Below, in pieces: positions 59,062-64,000 of a stretch of 64,000 nucleotides of DNA. The stretch is from Eledone cirrhosa (Eukaryota), in contig OZ024748.1 of assembly GCA_964016885.1 (NCBI GenBank), positions 11,656,001-11,720,000 of the forward strand. The letters are read 5' to 3'. Numbering within the stretch: position 1 is the stretch's first letter; every line of letters begins with the position of its first letter. The notes beneath the pieces were generated by a model that was given only the letters and a program-made list of their open reading frames with translations, searched no databases and had not been told where the DNA came from. The translations under genes and the position numbers were made by a program.

Positions 59062-59771
59062 TTATCTAACGCCCTAAAAAATAATTTAGGGATATTACTA
59101 ATAAGTGAAAGAGAGAATGGAGCGTTGTACCAAATGATATTTTTATATCTAGGTCTCCTCTTTATGTTATTGGTATGCTTATAACTAGCTATATTACTAT
59201 AAGTTCTGCCAAGATTGGTTTCCTTAGTGTATTTAATTTTGTCTGGATATCCCGCTCTGGATAGCGCATTGTTGTAATAGTTGGCGTTGGCGTCAAAGAT
59301 AAGTTTATTAGAAGATAGATTAGTGATTCTTTTTTCAAAATTTCTGACTATAGCAGTTTTAACATTAATAGGGTGGTTTGATTTAAAATTTACATAATTT
59401 AGGTTCTCATTATCCTTATGGTATGGGTAATATAGGCCGGTATCTATATTAAGGGATATATCTAGGAAGTTAGCTAATTTAACGTTGTTCTCAAATTCAA
59501 TTTTTAGGTTAAGGTGCTTAAATAGTTCAAGTATATTATTCTTGATAATATTAAGGTTTACTATGTTATAGTTTAAGACAGTAAAAAGGGCATCATCACG
59601 ATATATTCCACCGCGAAGTTGAGGAATTTTCCGATTTAAAGAGTTCAAGATGAAGATTCCAACCAAGTCTGTCAATTGCGCTGAATCCGACGAACCCATG
59701 GTGATGTCAAAATTGTTGGAAGTATCAGCTCTTGTCCAATATTCATTGTTAAATGAATATATATATTTCAC
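58947..59771 (-). pseudogene. PLE reverse transcriptase, C-terminal half (palm motifs B-E, thumb)
   Basis: Motifs ITMGSSDSAQLTDLVG, GIYRDDAL (YxDD), NFLDISLN, YHK..LNYVNFKSNHP and IIWYNAPFS are typical of Penelope-type RT. The N-terminal RT motifs are missing, and there is a frameshift near 59060. Confidence 0.9.
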
Positions 59772-59827
59772 TGAGAGGAACTGGGCATATCAGAGTATTG
59801 ACAAAGTTATACACCTCACTAATTCGG

Positions 59828-59882
59828 ACTGCCTGAAGAGGTCACAGCCAAAGATGGCTGTCACCGAAATATATATAGCAGT
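59828..59882 (+). ncRNA. Type I hammerhead ribozyme in the inverted pseudo-LTR-like segment of the PLE
   Basis: actgc-CTGAAGA-ggt c acagcca aaga tggctgt c acc-GAAA tatata TA^gcagt. Perfect 5-bp stem I, long stem II, AU-palindromic stem III. Confidence 0.85.
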
Positions 59883-60029
59883 AATAAACGAAGCCAAATT
59901 TTAAACATTTGACTTATTTATTTTATTTTATTTTACATTACTCCGGAGTAACCAAACCAACCTACGCACTTCGTCGAGTGCTCCAATCTGCATACTGAGG
60001 TGTTGGTATTCAACCAACATATACTCAAA

Positions 60030-60087
<58 letters not shown>

Positions 60088-60301
60088 AGAGAGAGAGGGG
60101 GGAGGGAGAAATATACGGGGAGAGACATAGAAATTAAGAGGTAGTTAGATATAGATATTTCGTTTTCGTCCCTTGTGTTAATTTTTTAATTATATATATA
60201 TATATATATATGTATGTAAAATGTAAACAGAAATAAAAACACAATCGGTACAGTATATGGAAGGATATATTAGGTTAACGCTTGATATAGCAGGAAGAGG
60301 G

Positions 60302-60337
60302 TCTTAACGTTTCGGACGCTAGTCCTTCATCAGAAGA
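60302..60337 (-). ncRNA. Ultra-minimal hammerhead ribozyme
   Basis: Minus strand reads tctt-CTGATGA-a ggac tagc gtcc-GAAACGTT^aaga. Stem III is reduced to the palindrome AACGTT. Confidence 0.75.
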
Positions 60338-60361
<24 letters not shown>

Positions 60362-60370
<9 letters not shown>

Positions 60371-60382
60371 AACACGTATACA

Positions 60383-60433
<51 letters not shown>

Positions 60434-60472
60434 ATATATCTATATATATTTATATATATATATCTATATATA

Positions 60473-60507
<35 letters not shown>

Positions 60508-60587
60508 ATATATCTATATATATCTATATCTATCTATATATATATAAATCAATAAATAAATAAATATATATATATATATTAGAACAC

Positions 60588-60654
<67 letters not shown>

Positions 60655-60830
60655 ATATATATATATTTATTGATTGATTTATATATATATAGACAGATAT
60701 AGATATTTATTTATTTATTTATTTATTTATTTATATATATAGATATATATATATAGATAGATATAGATATATATAGATATATTTATTTATTTATTTATTT
60801 ATTTATGTATACGTGTTTGTGTGTGTGTGT
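60362..60830. repeat. Low-complexity fold-back (imperfect palindrome)
   Basis: acacacacaaacacgtatacataaataaa (60362) mirrors tttatttatgtatacgtgtttgtgtgtgt (~60800-60830). The centre is tattagaa-cact-ttctaata at ~60577-60596. Confidence 0.75.
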
Positions 60831-61190
60831 ATTTATACATGTTTGTTTGTGTGCATGAGTCGGTGTGTTTGTTTATAAGTATGTATGTGCTTCTGATAGA
60901 GAAACTATAAAATGCGATCCTATAGATCAACGGTGACTTTATTTGATTTCTATGAAATATGGTAGATCTGATAATATTGAAGTTGTCTGTGAAATATATT
61001 GAGAAGAGCCGTTGATTATCCAATAGCGTGGAAACATAAATAGCTAACAGATATCGTTTATATGTGTATGTATATACATTATATATATATATATATATAA
61101 TATATATATCTATGTACATTATATATCAATTATATTACATATATATATATGTGTATATATGTAAACATAGATATATTTATGTGTATATTA

Positions 61191-61222
<32 letters not shown>

Positions 61223-61829
61223 TTATATATATATATTATTCATATATATGCGTTAGTATCTGTACATATATATATATAATGTATGTATCTGTGTATATTA
61301 TATATCGAATATATTATATATGATATATTAATTATATTATCCATATATATATATATATACATATATGTTTATATTTATAATTTCGTGTATTTGTGTTTTA
61401 TGTATATTATCGAATATTATATGTTTTATTTGGGATTGTATTAGTATTGTTATTAATGTTGTTGTTATTACTGTTAGTATTGTTTCTTTATTGTTTTGTT
61501 TCATATTAATTTTGACAGATAAGATTTGTATTTGTCTGAAAAAGCATTATTGTATTTCTCTTAAATATTGCGTCTAAATTTAGATCATTGTTAATTTGTT
61601 CCGGGTCATATTGTTTCACATTGTTTTATATTGTTTTATATTGTTTTATATTATTTTATATTGTTTTTACATTTTTTTTTTACTTGATTGCTTTATTTGT
61701 TGTTTGTTTTGTTTGTGTGTCTTGTTTTGTTTATTGTTTCATTTAATCTTAACTGGATGAGTCGTGACATAAGTGGGATTGTCGACCATTTTTTTCCTTG
61801 TTTTTTCTAATGCTTAGTCGATGTAAACA

Positions 61830-61903
<74 letters not shown>

Positions 61904-61991
61904 CATAGCCACACAAACAAACATAGACACATGCACAAACATACACACACAGAGAGACATACAAGGATACACACATAGACACACAGACACA

Positions 61992-62034
<43 letters not shown>

Positions 62035-62183
62035 GCATAGCCACACAAATAAACATAGACACACACACAGACACAAAGACACACAAACATACACACACAC
62101 AGAGACATACAAACAGACACATATAGACACACAAACACAAACATACAAACACACACGCACAGACACACAGACACACAACCATA

Positions 62184-62274
<91 letters not shown>

Positions 62275-62698
62275 TAGAATTTGAATTATGTTGGTGACTT
62301 GTGATTAATCCGGTCCCCTGTCCAATTTGCCGGGTGAAGAAAGTGTTAAGGCAGCCAGGAGGATTAAAGATAAAAACTATCAAAAGTCGGAACAGTTTCT
62401 CATAAATAAGCCAATAGTTAACCATAACAAGAGCGGAAACATACGCCTTCATCCAGAGTTATCTGCCCATTATACTGCACCTATTGCCTCCACAGGCTTA
62501 CGGGTTCTGGAGTCAGATTTGATCCTTACAAAAGGAATATTTATTATAGTAAAACTAGTAATTTACGGTAGTATTTACAGAAAAACTAGTAGCCTTTGGA
62601 GTATTTACAGACTGGTAGCTTGGTGTATTACAGTAAAATTAGTAGCCTGTGGTATTACAGTAAAACTAAACGTTTCTTGTATTACAGAAAACTAATGA

Positions 62699-62780
62699 AG
62701 GGCGGTGGAATGACAGCAATCGGTAGAGCGTCGAAAAACATGCTTTACGGCATTTAATTACGTCTTTCTATCTTCTGAGA
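62699..62780 (+). mobile_element. SINE family 1, head only
   Basis: agggcggtggaatgacagcaatcggtagagcgtcg...catgcttt. Confidence 0.55.
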
Positions 62781-63050
62781 TCTCAATGGTGGCCGGTAGA
62801 AAGAGAGAGCGGTCGGTCAGGCCCCGGTATTTAACTGTGTTGTGTCCACTTATTAAATAGCAGAAGATTCTGGTGTTAAAATCTTAAAGACAATTTCTAT
62901 AACAGCTCTATGACGTCATTCATTACAGCATAAGTAAAACGTAGAGCGCTCACATATACGTATACACACACATACAAACAAACTCGTGTGTGTGTGCGAG
63001 CGCGCGTGTGTTTATGTGTGTATGCGTATGTGTGCGCGCGTATATATATA

Positions 63051-63087
<37 letters not shown>

Positions 63088-63480
63088 GTGTGCGTGTGTG
63101 TATGTGCGTGTATATATGTGCGTGTGTGCATGTGTGTGAAGGAGAACAACAACAAAAATAAAAAGAAAGAAATAAAAGGGTGAAAAACAAGAATGAAGAT
63201 AAGGACAAGGGGATTCAAGGAAGACAAGAAGACAAGCAAATAAGTTTGTATTTTGAAAAGTTTGTATGGAAATTATTCCATATATTAAATATCTAAATAT
63301 TTAGCAACTAGAAAAAAGAAAACAGATTTTTACTTCTACAATCGTATGAGGTTATAAAGAAATATATAAAGCATTTAAATAGCAAGTGAATATATATAAA
63401 TATACATAAATATTTTTATATATGTATATTTATGTTCCTTGTATATTTTGATAAAACATTAAGACTGTTAGTTGTAAATC

Positions 63481-63951
63481 ATGAGTTCTCCCGTCACTCG
63501 ATCACAAACGCTAAACATAAATTTCAATCACGTTGAATTGCCCCAAAAATTTATCTATTCAGAGTACAGATATCCTCTTACCAGGAGCCGTGCCCGCGGT
63601 CTCATAGTCAATCACACTGAGCTGGTTTTTCCAGTGAAGAAAAAGAAACGCCCCAGAAAAAAATCACGAATGTCTACTAAAAATATATCACAATTTCGTT
63701 CTGATTATAAAAATCTATCATCGATTAGTTCGGCTGCCAAACTTAAGAAACGACCTAGCTACAATAATTTCGATGTGATAAAAAAGGAGAAATATTATCG
63801 ACAGAAACTTGAACAATTTGAAGAACCTAAAATATATCATTCTACATCATGGATTAGTTCTTTTATTGACGCCATACAGAGTTTACTTATAGATTCGCAG
63901 CTTCCTCCCAAGGATCCTTTTCTGGAAAATAAATATCACAGAAACCTCTAG
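63481..63951 (+). CDS. Hypothetical 156-aa basic protein (orphan)
   Basis: ATG-initiated, non-repetitive 471-bp ORF in AT-rich DNA, with A at -3. NLS-like KKKKRPRKKSR and two TRS motifs (VTRSQ, LTRSR). No recognisable domain. Confidence 0.35.
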   Translation: MSSPVTRSQTLNINFNHVELPQKFIYSEYRYPLTRSRARGLIVNHTELVFPVKKKKRPRKKSRMSTKNISQFRSDYKNLSSISSAAKLKKRPSYNNFDVIKKEKYYRQKLEQFEEPKIYHSTSWISSFIDAIQSLLIDSQLPPKDPFLENKYHRNL

Positions 63952-64000
63952 AAAAAAAACTTTTTGTATTTAATTATTACTGTTCATATTTTTTTATATC

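Larger units (their letters stand above)
58260..60030 (-). mobile_element. Penelope-like retroelement (PLE), 5'-truncated, with an inverted hammerhead-bearing segment at its 5' side, inserted in (TA)n
   Basis: RT and GIY-YIG coding remnants at 58267-59771 (minus), a hammerhead on the opposite strand at 59828-59882, and (TA)n on both flanks. Confidence 0.88.

Noticed and set aside
62310-62400. CPIC...GGLK peptide resembling a LINE zinc finger
   Set aside because: The His ligands are absent and no further domain follows.

Overview
AT-rich, microsatellite-saturated eukaryotic non-coding DNA. The repeat landscape resembles a coleoid cephalopod such as Octopus (inference). Nearly all listed ORFs are simple-repeat translations, and no host gene is confidently identifiable. 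Real coding signal is limited to a 5'-truncated, frameshifted Penelope-like element (RT + GIY-YIG, 58267-59771, minus), an RLE-type LINE 3' end, RTE-derived non-autonomous elements with a C2H2 remnant, and one orphan basic ORF. There are also about a dozen tRNA-derived SINEs, two non-autonomous Helitrons and a ~2-kb tandem duplication. The main discovery is an 8.9-kb head-to-head palindrome (42103-50985) of ~28.5 almost identical 311-bp monomers inside a (TA)n tract. Each monomer encodes a type I hammerhead ribozyme in a highly structured RNA, i.e. a retrozyme-like unit. About a dozen other hammerhead motifs from several families also sit in or beside (TA)n tracts. Many lie in small fold-back insertions with the same divergent polarity as the array and the Penelope element. 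Together these suggest a (TA)n-targeted Penelope/retrozyme system that inserts by twin priming, with rolling-circle reverse transcription of circular RNA (inference).
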